In this document: one piece after another, positions 1-11,795 of the stretch | How positions within the stretch are numbered: the first letter of the stretch is position 1 | Layout of the letters: every line of letters starts with the position of its first letter | Source of the DNA: Microgenomates group bacterium GW2011_GWF2_47_9 | GTDB taxonomy: Bacteria > Patescibacteriota > Microgenomatia > UBA1400 > UBA12108 | Reading direction: 5' to 3' | Length of the DNA: 34,508 bases | Assembly: GCA_001003385.1 (NCBI GenBank) | Contig: LCPA01000004.1 | Location: 1 to 34,508 of the forward strand | The notes under the pieces: model-generated | Database searches by the model: none | Seen by the model: only the letters and a program-made list of their open reading frames with translations | What the model was told of the DNA's origin: nothing | Program-made: the position numbers and the translations under genes

Positions 1-1
1 A

Positions 2-337
2 CAAATCCAAACCATCGTCAGAAACGCCAAGAGTGTTTCAAGCTGTGACTCAACCAACGATTCGCTGAGCTTCATTGGACCCGACGGCTACACTACCACC
101 ATCTCCCTCGACACCGATGTTGCTCGGATTGCCTCTGTTTCTGCCGCTTATGCAGGCTACCTAACGCCAGCTGACCTAGAAATACCTTCATTCAACATTA
201 CCTGTAGCCCCAACGACTCAGCCCCAGAGTTGGTCTATCTTGATTTTAGTATCAAGAAAGCCAATAACGACGGCGCTCGTTCCTCTGAAGATCCCGTTCT
301 TTCCTTCAAATCCGCCATCCAGTTTCGAAATAACTAG
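2..337 (+). CDS. 3' part of a probable minor pilin/pseudopilin (5' end outside window)
   Basis: Open frame read manually from base 2 (QIQTIVRNAKSVSSCDSTNDSLSF...FNITCSP...SFKSAIQFRNN*), TAG at 335-337. Not in the ORF track because it has no start. The 'VRNA' helix end, Cys pair and terminal 'FRN' strand resemble CPR pilin-like proteins. Converges on pilD. Confidence 0.6.
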   Translation, partial: QIQTIVRNAKSVSSCDSTNDSLSFIGPDGYTTTISLDTDVARIASVSAAYAGYLTPADLEIPSFNITCSPNDSAPELVYLDFSIKKANNDGARSSEDPVLSFKSAIQFRNN

Positions 338-1122
338 CCCCAATAATGGAGAATTTTTTCTCCCCAAAGTAGTGTCAGCAATAGCCCAAGTACCATAAAA
401 GGCGCGAAGGGCAGGGTCTGACCAAATTTTTTCTTTCCCGTCATCAAGGCCAAAACGCCGACAACCGCGCCGAGGACAAACCCTCCCCAGATCCCCAAAA
501 GCGTTTTTGGCCACCCCAAGATCAACCCGATAAGAAGTGCCAACACCTCATCCCCTTCACCCATCCCTTTACCCAAAGTCATTTTTCTTAAAGAATAGAA
601 AAATAGGTACGCTCCCACAGCGGTCGCGACAGATTCTCCAAGGTCAGCCCAATGATAAGCTCCCCCCGTTATCAAGATCAACCGGTAAATCAATGTAGTT
701 GCTACCCCAAAATAGACATATCGTGTTGGAATCAAACCATAAAACGCATCGCTAGCCGCAATCATAATGAGAACCACCCCCACCAAGAGCCAATACAAAG
801 GCTGTAGGGTCGCCAAGGGGTGGGATGCCAACCGGAAAAAGAAAGCCCCAACCGCGATCCACCACACAAATAGCGCCCCCACCAACAACTCTACAATCGG
901 GTATTGGATACTAAGGGGCTTGTGACAGCACCTCGATCTTCCTCGATATAGCAAATACGAGAAAATAGGGACCATATCGTACCAACTTAGCTGTTTATGG
1001 CAATGATCACATCTGGACCTACCGGAGACCCAGCTTTTGGACTCTACTGTCCGCATCACAACCACATTCAAAAAACTCCCAACCGAGGCTCCCAAACAGA
1101 ACATGAGTATGTAAACTAACAT
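334..1122 (-). CDS. pilD: Prepilin peptidase/N-methyltransferase (A24 family)
   Basis: GSFLNVV..R, RSRCDHC and RSRCC Zn motifs, GMGEGD catalytic Asp motif, terminal PFAPF, multiple TM segments. ATG at 1122 preferred over GTG 1128 because TAGAAT lies 6 nt upstream. Confidence 0.95.
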   Translation of the reverse strand: MLVYILMFCLGASVGSFLNVVVMRTVESKSWVSGRSRCDHCHKQLSWYDMVPIFSYLLYRGRSRCCHKPLSIQYPIVELLVGALFVWWIAVGAFFFRLASHPLATLQPLYWLLVGVVLIMIAASDAFYGLIPTRYVYFGVATTLIYRLILITGGAYHWADLGESVATAVGAYLFFYSLRKMTLGKGMGEGDEVLALLIGLILGWPKTLLGIWGGFVLGAVVGVLALMTGKKKFGQTLPFAPFMVLGLLLTLLWGEKILHYWG

Positions 1123-1160
1123 ACTCACATTCTAATTCAATTACTCAGTTTAGGCTAATT

Positions 1161-1817
1161 TTAGGGTAGACAAATCATCTCGCCGGTGCCACCCGTAAAT
1201 ACGGTCGGGTACGTAGCCTGCGATGCCGCTTGTGGGCAAGGGCATGCGTCTTCTGTTGTACAAAATGCCGTCACTCCTGTCGCCGCAAAGTCCGCTCCCC
1301 AGGTCCCGGTTGCACATCTGTCAAACGCTTCCTTCTGGAAAGAACTCGACTCGGGCACAAAGCATGCCGTCACCGCGGGACCGGCCGACTCATCGTTATA
1401 ATAAAGGAAGATCTCTCTTGCCGAACTACCAGTTACTCTGTCAATAAAACTCGACTTCACTTCACTTGTTGTCGTTAGTTCTGCCAATCTGGTCGCCAAA
1501 GAGACCGTCTGATAATCACCTGTCCCGGCTGGCAAATTACCTGACTGGATCGACAAAAAGGGTACATCTGCTGTTGCCGCTACTACTTCATCATCCTCAC
1601 CAGACTGCCATGGGAAATACCCAAGTGACGCATTATAGCGCTCGAGTCCCGATACAAGCTGAGAAGAATCAGATCTTGTCCTCGTGTCTCTTCCTTTTCT
1701 AATTTGCTCCAACGGATTCAAAGTCGCAAGTAGTGCAACCGCCAAAATTCCGATTACCGCAATGACCACCAACAGCTCGATCATCGTAAAACCTTTTCGT
1801 AGATTAAATTTGAGCAT
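1161..1817 (-). CDS. Type IV pilin, probably the major pilin
   Basis: Class III signal KG|FTMIELLVVIAVIGILA with E5, followed by NPLEQIRKGRD. Six Cys in the C-terminal half. Strong SD (GGGAGGT) upstream. Confidence 0.92.
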   Translation of the reverse strand: MLKFNLRKGFTMIELLVVIAVIGILAVALLATLNPLEQIRKGRDTRTRSDSSQLVSGLERYNASLGYFPWQSGEDDEVVAATADVPFLSIQSGNLPAGTGDYQTVSLATRLAELTTTSEVKSSFIDRVTGSSAREIFLYYNDESAGPAVTACFVPESSSFQKEAFDRCATGTWGADFAATGVTAFCTTEDACPCPQAASQATYPTVFTGGTGEMICLP

Positions 1818-1820
1818 AAC

Positions 1821-1871
1821 ACCTCCCTTTTGCTATACATCCATATCATCATTCTGTCGACACTTTGTCAA
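1821..1871 (-). promoter_or_regulatory. Pilin upstream region: SD GGGAGGT (1821-1827) and TTGACA -35 (1866-1871)
   Basis: Read directly. The -10 at canonical spacing is poor (TGATAT/GATGAT), so the promoter call is tentative. Confidence 0.45.
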
Positions 1872-1886
1872 TACGCAAGACCCAGT

Positions 1887-3086
1887 TTAGAAAGTACTAG
1901 TCAAGTTATAAATCGGCACTACAATCGCGACAATCATAAATCCGACCCCAAGCCCTAGCACAATCATAATAACCGGCTCCATCGCAGTCGAGAGGTTTTT
2001 GATCGCATGCTCACTCTCAATCTCAAAATATCCGGCGACCCTGTTTAACACGTCATCCAGTTTCCCGGTCTGCTCCCCGACCGATACCATCTGGGAAACC
2101 AATAATGGGAAAGCCTCGTGTTTTGCGAGCGAGGCGGCTAATGAATTCCCTTTTTCAACGTCCTTCCCGACAACGCTTAGCGCCCGGCTCAACACTTCGT
2201 TATCAACAACATGCTTTACGATCGACAATCCTTCAACCAGCGCAACCCCCGCGCCAGCCAAAAGTGCCAAGGTCCTCGTAAACTCGGCCATGAGCGTCAT
2301 CAGTTTGATCTTGCCAAAAATTGGCAGTCTAAACATCAATTTGTCATAGATTAAAGCCCCAGCCGGAGTTTTCTTCCACATCTTAATGAGGTAGGCAATT
2401 ACAAAGACTGCCGGGACTCCCAAATACCATGTATTAGCGAGAAAATCCGAAAAACTCATGAGTAGCTTGGTAATGACAGGGAGATCCGCATTAAAGTCCT
2501 CATACATTGCCGTCAGTTTCGGCAAAACAAAAATCATCATCACAAGTCCAACTACTAACATTCCCACGAGTACAATGACTGGATAGATTAGTGCTCCCTT
2601 CGTTTTCGCCCGAAATTCTCGTTGTTTCTCCAGGTTATCCGCCAAACGCACCAAAATGGTGTCAAGTACGCCCGCCGCCTCACCCGCCCGCACCAGAGAT
2701 ACATATACTTTCGAGAATACCTCTTCGTGCACAGCCAGTGCATCAGCAAAAGTCGACCCTCCCTCAATCGCCTTCAAAACCTCGCTCAACTTTTTTTGCA
2801 AGGCCGGTTGGCTCTGAATCTGCAGAATTGACATTGCATCCGTCAATGGCAAGCCCGCCGAAATCATGGTCGAGAGCTGGCGGGTAAAATTAACAACATC
2901 ATCAAACTTAATTTTCTCGCCAAAACTTAGTATCCCGCGCCCTGTCTGGTTTAACTCATGCAGTTCGATGATAAAAAGTTTTTGATTGCGAAGAACCTCG
3001 ACTGCCGCTTGCTGATTTTGTGCCTCAACAACCCCCTTGCGGTCCACCCCGTCGTGCGTCTTGGCTTTAAAACGAAAACGCATCAT
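1887..3086 (-). CDS. pilC: Type IV pilus platform protein PilC (T2SS F family)
   Basis: FTRQLSTMISAGLPL, GEAAGVLD, ALIYP, GEQTGKLD and EP-x-MI repeats of two T2SSF domains. Confidence 0.95.
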   Translation of the reverse strand: MMRFRFKAKTHDGVDRKGVVEAQNQQAAVEVLRNQKLFIIELHELNQTGRGILSFGEKIKFDDVVNFTRQLSTMISAGLPLTDAMSILQIQSQPALQKKLSEVLKAIEGGSTFADALAVHEEVFSKVYVSLVRAGEAAGVLDTILVRLADNLEKQREFRAKTKGALIYPVIVLVGMLVVGLVMMIFVLPKLTAMYEDFNADLPVITKLLMSFSDFLANTWYLGVPAVFVIAYLIKMWKKTPAGALIYDKLMFRLPIFGKIKLMTLMAEFTRTLALLAGAGVALVEGLSIVKHVVDNEVLSRALSVVGKDVEKGNSLAASLAKHEAFPLLVSQMVSVGEQTGKLDDVLNRVAGYFEIESEHAIKNLSTAMEPVIMIVLGLGVGFMIVAIVVPIYNLTSTF

Positions 3087-3088
3087 TA

Positions 3089-4150
3089 CTATCTCTCCCT
3101 CGCCAATAACCTATTTAATTCCTCGAGGTTCATCGCGTACTCACGCGCTGTTTCCATTGTCACCCGTTTCATCCGGAAAGCCTCCGCTAGAGCCATTTCC
3201 AAAGTCCTCATCCCGACATCCCCCGAAGTCTGCATCACATTGGTCAACATATGTGTTTTCCCATCTCTTACCGTCGAGCGAACTGCCGGCGTCGCAAGTA
3301 GGATCTCGACTATCGCAGTTCTTGCATTGTCAACCGATGGGACCAACCTCTGGGCCAACACAGCCTCAAGCACACTTGAAAGTTGAGATCTGACTTGCGC
3401 TTGCTGATCTTCTGGGAAAACGTCCACGATCCGGTCGATTGTCTGGGGAGCATTATTGGTATGCAAGGTGGCAAAGACCAAATGTCCCGTCTCGGCAATG
3501 GTAAGGGCCGCCTCGATGGTCTCATAGTCCCGCATCTCTCCAATCAAGACCACGTTCGGATCTTCCCGCAGGACGCTCTTTAAAGCCACATCCCAGGAAT
3601 GCGTATCGGAGTGCAACTCTCGCTGGGAAATAAGGCTCTTTATTGGTGTATGGACAAACTCAACTGGGTCCTCGATCGTGACAATGTGTTCCGAGCGTTC
3701 TCGATTTATTTTGTCTATCATCGCGGCCAAGGTCGTTGACTTTCCGTGGCCGGTCGGCCCCGTTACAAGTACCAAGCCCTGTTTCAAACTGGTCAGGTCG
3801 CCAATTATCTTCGGCAGTCCCAAGTCCTCGATACTTTTGATGTTGGGAGGAACAAAACGCAATGCCGCCGCCACATTCCCTTTTTCATGATAGGCATTTA
3901 CCCTAAACCGCTCGCCAGACGTAAGAGAATAAGAAAAGTCTAGTTCTCGATCAACATTCAAAAGTTCTCTCTGCTGTTCCTCCAAGAGGGGATTCAGCAT
4001 GGTTTTGAGTGCCTCCGGCGTCAAAATTGCGCTCTCCGGGACCGGGACCAGCTTCCCATGGAACCGAAGATATGGCTGAGAACCCACCATCAGGTGGACA
4101 TCCGAAGCCTGATACTGCACACACATTTTGAGTATTTTTTCTAAATCCAT
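3089..4150 (-). CDS. pilT: Type IV pilus retraction ATPase PilT
   Basis: ASDVHL, Walker A GPTGHGKST, TIEDPVE, LREDPNVVLIGEMRD, TGHLVFATLHT and an AIRNLIRE-like AVRSTVRDGK. Confidence 0.95.
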   Translation of the reverse strand: MDLEKILKMCVQYQASDVHLMVGSQPYLRFHGKLVPVPESAILTPEALKTMLNPLLEEQQRELLNVDRELDFSYSLTSGERFRVNAYHEKGNVAAALRFVPPNIKSIEDLGLPKIIGDLTSLKQGLVLVTGPTGHGKSTTLAAMIDKINRERSEHIVTIEDPVEFVHTPIKSLISQRELHSDTHSWDVALKSVLREDPNVVLIGEMRDYETIEAALTIAETGHLVFATLHTNNAPQTIDRIVDVFPEDQQAQVRSQLSSVLEAVLAQRLVPSVDNARTAIVEILLATPAVRSTVRDGKTHMLTNVMQTSGDVGMRTLEMALAEAFRMKRVTMETAREYAMNLEELNRLLARER

Positions 4151-4189
4151 TTTTTTGTCCCCCTTTTACTTTACACTTTTTTTACTTTT

Positions 4190-5905
4190 TCAAGTATGCG
4201 CGACCCGCATCACTTCCTCGATCGAAGTAATGCCTTCCAAAGCCTTAAGATATCCATCCTGTGTCATTAAAACCATCCCGTCTAGAACAGCCGCTTTCTC
4301 GATCTCACTTGCCGGCGACCGCTCCAAGATGAGCTTCGCCACCCGCTCGCTGACCCGTAGTACCTCAAAAATCCCAATCCTTCCCTTATAACCAGAGTCG
4401 CCACACTTCTCACACTTCTTCCCTCGATAAAGCGTAATCGGCTTTCCCCCACTTGTTGAAACAAATGAATCAAACAATGGCCCTAACACACTCTTCAACT
4501 CCTCAACTAGTGGGGCAGGGGGGGTATAGGATTCCTTGCAGTCCTCACAAATCTTGCGCACCACCCTTTGCGCGACTACACACGTGATCGAGCTAGCAAG
4601 AAGAAACGGCTCGGCCTGCATATCCAAAAGCCTTGGCAATGCCCCAGAGGAAGAATTCGTATGCAAAGTCGAGAAGACCAAGTGTCCCGTCAAACTAGCC
4701 TGGATTGCCAAATCTGCAGTCTCGTTGTCGCGAATTTCACCGACCATGATAATGTTGGGGTCCTGTCGCAAAAACGACCGGAGTCCACTTGCAAACGTCA
4801 AACCAGCCTTAGTATTGATCTGCACTTGGTTGACCCCATCCATCTGGTACTCGACAGGATCCTCCAAGGTTACGATGTTTACTTTGGGTGTGTTTAAGAT
4901 ATGCACAAGCGAATAAAGGGTAGTTGTTTTGCCAGAACCAGTCGGACCGGTAATCAATATAATCCCGTGTGGGACCCTGACTGATTCCTCCAAGTTCTTT
5001 AGAGCCGCCGCCCGTAACCCCAAATCCGATAGGGTAGGGACATTCCGGCTTTTTCTCAAAAGCCGCATCACAATCTTCTCTCCATCAACGGTCGGCAAAC
5101 TCGACACACGCAAGTCAACCTCCTGCTCATCTGCCAAAAAAGTAAACCTGCCATCTTGAGGTAATCTCCGCTCATCTATTTTGAGACCCGACAAAATCTT
5201 CACCCGCGACACGACCGCCTCATGAACTCGCTTGGGTAAGACAAGTTTTTCCTGCAAGATTCCGTCAATTCTGTACCTGACCCTGGTGTGATCCTCCAAA
5301 GGCTCGATATGGACATCGCTCGCCCTCGCATTCATGGCAAACTCAAGCACCGTCGCCACAATTTTGGCAATCGGCGCCTCCTTAATCACTTCCCCGATCT
5401 TAGTCACGTCAACAATTCGTTTACGCAGACCATCATCCTGGTTTTCCTTCAGTACCTGGCTTACCTCAGCCGACAAGCTTTGGGCATAGCGATGCGGAAT
5501 CTCCTCGACAAGCTCGCTTTCCATGGTCATGAATGGCTTAACCTTGCTCCCACTCTTTGCCTCCAAGAACGCGATGGTTTGCAAATCCAAAGGATTTGCC
5601 ATCGCAACCGACAACAAGTGTGTTTTCACATCATAAGCAAAGGGCAAAACTTTGTAGCGGATCGCGACCGACTCTGGGATCTTCGATAATGCCTCTGGAC
5701 TCGATGCCAAACCAGCCAAGGTCATGTAGGGGACATTAAACACCTTCGCTCTTGCCTTCACGATCTCCGCTTCATCGATCAGTCCAGATGAGAGCAATAA
5801 ATCGTCAACCGGAGTTCCGCTCTTTAAGCTTTCCTGTTTCAGGCGTTGGTAATTTTCCTCACTAAGCAAACCGTCCTTATGAAGAACGAGGGCAAGATCT
5901 TGCAT
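4190..5905 (-). CDS. pilB: Type IV pilus assembly ATPase PilB (GspE/PulE family)
   Basis: ASDVHIEP, RLPQDGR, GPTGSGKTT, LRQDPNIIMVGEIRD, Zn motif CEDC..CEKC, GYKGRIG, degenerate MshEN-like N-terminus. ATG 5905 preferred over TTG 5941. Confidence 0.95.
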   Translation of the reverse strand: MQDLALVLHKDGLLSEENYQRLKQESLKSGTPVDDLLLSSGLIDEAEIVKARAKVFNVPYMTLAGLASSPEALSKIPESVAIRYKVLPFAYDVKTHLLSVAMANPLDLQTIAFLEAKSGSKVKPFMTMESELVEEIPHRYAQSLSAEVSQVLKENQDDGLRKRIVDVTKIGEVIKEAPIAKIVATVLEFAMNARASDVHIEPLEDHTRVRYRIDGILQEKLVLPKRVHEAVVSRVKILSGLKIDERRLPQDGRFTFLADEQEVDLRVSSLPTVDGEKIVMRLLRKSRNVPTLSDLGLRAAALKNLEESVRVPHGIILITGPTGSGKTTTLYSLVHILNTPKVNIVTLEDPVEYQMDGVNQVQINTKAGLTFASGLRSFLRQDPNIIMVGEIRDNETADLAIQASLTGHLVFSTLHTNSSSGALPRLLDMQAEPFLLASSITCVVAQRVVRKICEDCKESYTPPAPLVEELKSVLGPLFDSFVSTSGGKPITLYRGKKCEKCGDSGYKGRIGIFEVLRVSERVAKLILERSPASEIEKAAVLDGMVLMTQDGYLKALEGITSIEEVMRVAHT

Positions 5906-5975
5906 ACCTCTAAGTATTGCAAGTTTAGCGATTTTTTGCAATGAACGAACTCAAGAAATCTGCTAAACTCGCCCT

Positions 5976-6623
5976 ATGGACAAGTTTATTTATCACGGTG
6001 GCACGGATAAGAGCAGGAAAGAACAAATTGAAAAAGACTTTCCCCTCGACCAAATGACACTTTACAAGCTAAGTCCCATAAGAGCCTCAATCGGGGTCAA
6101 AGAAGTAAGAGAGTTAATTAGCTCGATCGCAAGCACATCAATCCGACCCAAGCTTGTCTATATCGAATCTGCCGACCTCTTAACAAACGCCGCGGAGAAC
6201 GCGCTCCTAAAGACTTTGGAAGAGCCTCCCTCTGATACCAAACTAGTTCTATCCTGTGACAACCTCCTCTCGCTCTTACCAACAATCCGCTCTCGCTGTC
6301 AAAGTGTGCGGGTACAAACTCAAAAAGGTTTAGAGCTCGAAGAAAATCTCTCGATTTTCAAAGAATGTATGCAGGCAAGCCCAGGAGTCAGGATCAATCT
6401 TGCCGATTCATTTTCTCCAGATCGCGAAACCAACCTCCTCTATCTCAATCGAGTCCTCACTAGTTTAAGACCCAAACTTTCTTCAACGACAGGCTCCTCA
6501 CTCCAAATCATCCTCCAAATCGCCTCTGCCTGCACCCAAGCTTACGAAGAGTTAAAAGCCAACTGCAACGTAAGACTTGTCCTCTACAACCTTTTTCTTG
6601 CCTTACCCAAAACGAGAGGTTAG
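5976..6623 (+). CDS. holB: DNA polymerase III delta'-like clamp-loader subunit (short form)
   Basis: IGVKEVREL, ADLLTNAAENALLKTLEEPP and LLPTIRSRC are delta'/tau motifs. No intact Walker A or Zn finger. Confidence 0.8.
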   Translation: MDKFIYHGGTDKSRKEQIEKDFPLDQMTLYKLSPIRASIGVKEVRELISSIASTSIRPKLVYIESADLLTNAAENALLKTLEEPPSDTKLVLSCDNLLSLLPTIRSRCQSVRVQTQKGLELEENLSIFKECMQASPGVRINLADSFSPDRETNLLYLNRVLTSLRPKLSSTTGSSLQIILQIASACTQAYEELKANCNVRLVLYNLFLALPKTRG

Positions 6624-6691
6624 TCGCTCTGGACTCCCCAGTATACCTCTGGTAAAATGGTTTGTGGTATAGTCAATCTTTGCGATTATAG

Positions 6692-8647
<1,956 letters not shown>

Positions 8648-8656
8648 GGAGGTCAT

Positions 8657-9142
8657 ATGGACACCATTAAAGTCTTTATCGAAATTCCCGCTGGGGGGAA
8701 AGTAAAGTACGAAAGGGACGAAGAAACTGGCATGTTGATGTGTGATCGCATCTTGCACACCCCCATGTTCTATCCATTCAATTACGGCTTTGTTCTCGAT
8801 AGTCGTGGAGAAGATGGCGATCCTACCGACATTGTCCTCTTAGCCTCTCAAGAACTCCAAGTTGGTTGTGGAATCAAAGCTAAACTAATCGGTATGCTTG
8901 AAATGGAAGATGAAGAAGGCATAGACACCAAACTTATCGCCGTCCCCATCGAAAAAGTCGATCCAATTTTTGGCGCTTGGCAAGATTCTTCAGACATTCC
9001 CGCCCACACCAAACTAATGATCAAACACTTTTTCGATCACTACAAAGATCTAGAACCCGGCAAATTTGTCAAAACTGGCAAATTCCTTGATCGAGAAAGC
9101 GCCGAAAAAGTCCTGTTAGCTGACATGAAAAGAGGAGGATAG
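8657..9142 (+). CDS. ppa: Inorganic pyrophosphatase (family I)
   Basis: EIP..VKYE, DR.L..PM.YPFNYG, DGDPTD active-site motif, [24 protein letters not shown] at 8645-8653. Confidence 0.95.
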   Translation: MDTIKVFIEIPAGGKVKYERDEETGMLMCDRILHTPMFYPFNYGFVLDSRGEDGDPTDIVLLASQELQVGCGIKAKLIGMLEMEDEEGIDTKLIAVPIEKVDPIFGAWQDSSDIPAHTKLMIKHFFDHYKDLEPGKFVKTGKFLDRESAEKVLLADMKRGG

Positions 9143-10479
9143 TGAGCGACGAAGACACAAACATTCTAAAACCTCTAACCCTTGGTGATGACCAGGTTGA
9201 GCCGGTGAAAGTTGAGGAAGGCGACGAAGACGATTTTTTGAACATCGTCCTAAATCCTGTTGCCACTCAATTCGGGCGTATCGCGCCAGTCAAGATTACG
9301 AACGAGATGAAAAAGGCTTACCTCGACTATGCCATGTCAGTCATTGTCTCCCGCGCCCTTCCCGACGTTCGAGACGGGTTAAAGCCTGTCCACCGCCGCA
9401 TTCTCTACGCAATGAAGGAGCTCGGACTCTCTCACTCCAGTAAATACAAAAAATCGGCTCGTATAGTAGGAGAGGTTTTAGGTAAGTATCACCCTCACGG
9501 TGATACTGCCGTGTACGACGCCATGGTACGTCTTGCTCAGGACTTTTCCATGCGCTACCCTCTGGTTGACGGCCAAGGAAACTTTGGTTCAGTCGACGGA
9601 GATTCTCCCGCCGCCATGCGTTATACCGAAGCGAGGCTCTCCAAAATTACTCAAGAACTCCTCCTTGATCTAGACAAAGAAACGGTTAGCTGGATCGACA
9701 ACTTCGATGGCACCGTCCAAGAACCAACCGTTATGCCTGCCAAACTCCCAAACTTGCTCCTTATGGGCTCCGACGGAATCGCTGTCGGTATGGCCACCAA
9801 AATCCCCCCGCACAACTTAATCGAAGTAGTCGGGGCCATCAAAACCCTCATCGCCCGCGGCCAATCACTTCGAGCCGAGGAGATAAAGGACGCCGATCTT
9901 GAGAATACCAAACCAGAAGTATTGTCAGGAGAGTTTGAGACATCAGCCACAGTCGAAGAGCTCCTCGACTCCATCCAAGGCCCAGACTTTCCGACCGGCG
10001 GTATTATCTACGACTGGTCTGCGATAGCGGAAGTCTACTCGACAGGCAAAGGCAAAGTCGTCACTCGAGCCGAAGCTAATATCGAAGAGTCTAAGACCGG
10101 CAAATTTCAGATTGTGGTCACCGAGATCCCATACCAAGTCAACAAAGCCAAACTTGTCAGTAAAATCGCCGACCTAGTCCGAGACAAGAAAATCGAAGGC
10201 ATCTCCGACCTTCGTGACGAATCTGACCGTGAAGGAATGCGGATAGTTATCGAACTAAAGAAAGCCGCAAAGCCCAAGAGTGTCCTCAACAATCTTTTCA
10301 AACACACCGAACTTCAAACCAGCTTCCCCGCCAACATGGTCGCCCTCGATGACCGAGGCACCCCCCACCTCATGAATCTCAAGTCTATTCTCACCTACAG
10401 TTCGAACTCAAGGCTACCAGGGCTAGACTCCACATTCTCGAAGGTTACCTCAAAGCCCTCGACCACCTCGACGAAGTAA
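9142..10479 (+). CDS. gyrA: DNA gyrase subunit A, N-terminal part (frame broken at ~10397)
   Basis: [37 protein letters not shown], catalytic [15 protein letters not shown]. Homology ends at LNLK-like MNLKSILT (10395); the last ~28 codons are out-of-frame tail. Confidence 0.93.
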   Translation: MSDEDTNILKPLTLGDDQVEPVKVEEGDEDDFLNIVLNPVATQFGRIAPVKITNEMKKAYLDYAMSVIVSRALPDVRDGLKPVHRRILYAMKELGLSHSSKYKKSARIVGEVLGKYHPHGDTAVYDAMVRLAQDFSMRYPLVDGQGNFGSVDGDSPAAMRYTEARLSKITQELLLDLDKETVSWIDNFDGTVQEPTVMPAKLPNLLLMGSDGIAVGMATKIPPHNLIEVVGAIKTLIARGQSLRAEEIKDADLENTKPEVLSGEFETSATVEELLDSIQGPDFPTGGIIYDWSAIAEVYSTGKGKVVTRAEANIEESKTGKFQIVVTEIPYQVNKAKLVSKIADLVRDKKIEGISDLRDESDREGMRIVIELKKAAKPKSVLNNLFKHTELQTSFPANMVALDDRGTPHLMNLKSILTYSSNSRLPGLDSTFSKVTSKPSTTSTK

Positions 10480-11795
10480 TTGAAACCATTAAGTCTAGCA
10501 AAGATTCCGACGACGCCAAGAAAAACCTTATCGAAAAATTTGGCTTCAGCGAAATCCAGGCGGTTGCAATCCTAGATCTTCAGCTACGAAAACTCTCGGC
10601 TCTAGAAAGGCAAAAAATTCAAGAAGAATACGACGAACTTTTGGCGACGATCACGAGACTTATCACTCTCCTTCGTGATCCTATTGCCATTCTAAACGTC
10701 ATCGTGAGCGAACTAGAAGAGCTAGTCAAAGTCTACGGCGACGCAAGGAAAACCAAGGTTGTTAAATCAAAGTTGGGTGAATTCTCGGAAGAGGACCTGG
10801 TGGCCAAAGAGGACAATCTGGTTGCGATTACCAAAGAGGGATACGTCAAGCGGATGCCACTTGGTACTTATCGCTCTCAACGAAGAGGGGGTAAAGGAGT
10901 GATGGGGATGACTACCAAGGACGAAGACGAAATTCTTCACTTAACTGTCGGTAATACTCACGATTTCGCACTTTTCTTTACCAACACCGGTAAAGTATTT
11001 ATGAACCGCGTCTTCGAATTGCCAGAAGGTAGTAGACAAGCCAAGGGGCAGGCAATCATCAACCTCATTAACATCGAGCAAGACGAAAAAGTCATGGCTC
11101 TCATGACAATTCCAGGAGGTACACTCGAAAGCAAGAACCACTTTATTACAATGGTAACTAAAAAAGGCTTGGTCAAAAAAACCCCGATTAGTGAATATGC
11201 CAGTATCCGATCGGGCGGCAAGATAGGCATTAACCTCAAAGACAATGACGAGTTGGTCCGAGCTCAAGTCACGAACGGAGAAAACTACCTTCTCCTCGTC
11301 ACTCGGGACGGGAAATCAATCAAATTCAAAGAATCCGATGTCAATCCAACAGGGAGAGACACCATGGGAGTCAAGGGTATCGCCCTTAAGAAAGATGATT
11401 TTGTCATCGCGGCCGAAACCTTTGAAATCATGCCAGCTCGCCCCGACGATAAGCGGCGTAAATTCTACCGCGAAATCCTCCTTGTCACCGAAAACGGGAT
11501 TGGCAAGCGAACCGACGTCTCTGAATACCCCGAACAAAAGAGGGGAGGGCAGGGGGTCAAAGTTGCCGAGCTAACCGATAAGACTGGGAAAGTTGCCGCC
11601 GCCCAGATGGTGAGTGAAGTTGATCTTCAGTTAGTCATGACTACCAAAAGCGCCCAGGTCATCAAACTCCCCATGAAGAATATCAAAGTCTTGGGACGAT
11701 CTACCCAAGGCGTAATCCTTATGCGACCAACCAAAGGCGACAAAGTAACCTCAATTACCACACTACAAGAAGAGGAAGAAGAGGGAGTTGTTTGA
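10398..11795 (+). CDS. gyrA: DNA gyrase subunit A, C-terminal part (continuation in a different frame)
   Basis: From 10398 the frame reads [32 protein letters not shown]...[17 protein letters not shown], continuous with ORF 10641-11795. It carries the GyrA-box QRRGGKG, beta-pinwheel repeats and an acidic tail. Confidence 0.92.
   Translation, partial: QFELKATRARLHILEGYLKALDHLDEVIETIKSSKDSDDAKKNLIEKFGFSEIQAVAILDLQLRKLSALERQKIQEEYDELLATITRLITLLRDPIAILNVIVSELEELVKVYGDARKTKVVKSKLGEFSEEDLVAKEDNLVAITKEGYVKRMPLGTYRSQRRGGKGVMGMTTKDEDEILHLTVGNTHDFALFFTNTGKVFMNRVFELPEGSRQAKGQAIINLINIEQDEKVMALMTIPGGTLESKNHFITMVTKKGLVKKTPISEYASIRSGGKIGINLKDNDELVRAQVTNGENYLLLVTRDGKSIKFKESDVNPTGRDTMGVKGIALKKDDFVIAAETFEIMPARPDDKRRKFYREILLVTENGIGKRTDVSEYPEQKRGGQGVKVAELTDKTGKVAAAQMVSEVDLQLVMTTKSAQVIKLPMKNIKVLGRSTQGVILMRPTKGDKVTSITTLQEEEEEGVV

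Noticed and set aside
10390-10400. Programmed ribosomal frameshift in gyrA
   Set aside because: No slippery sequence, and conserved residues are physically missing.
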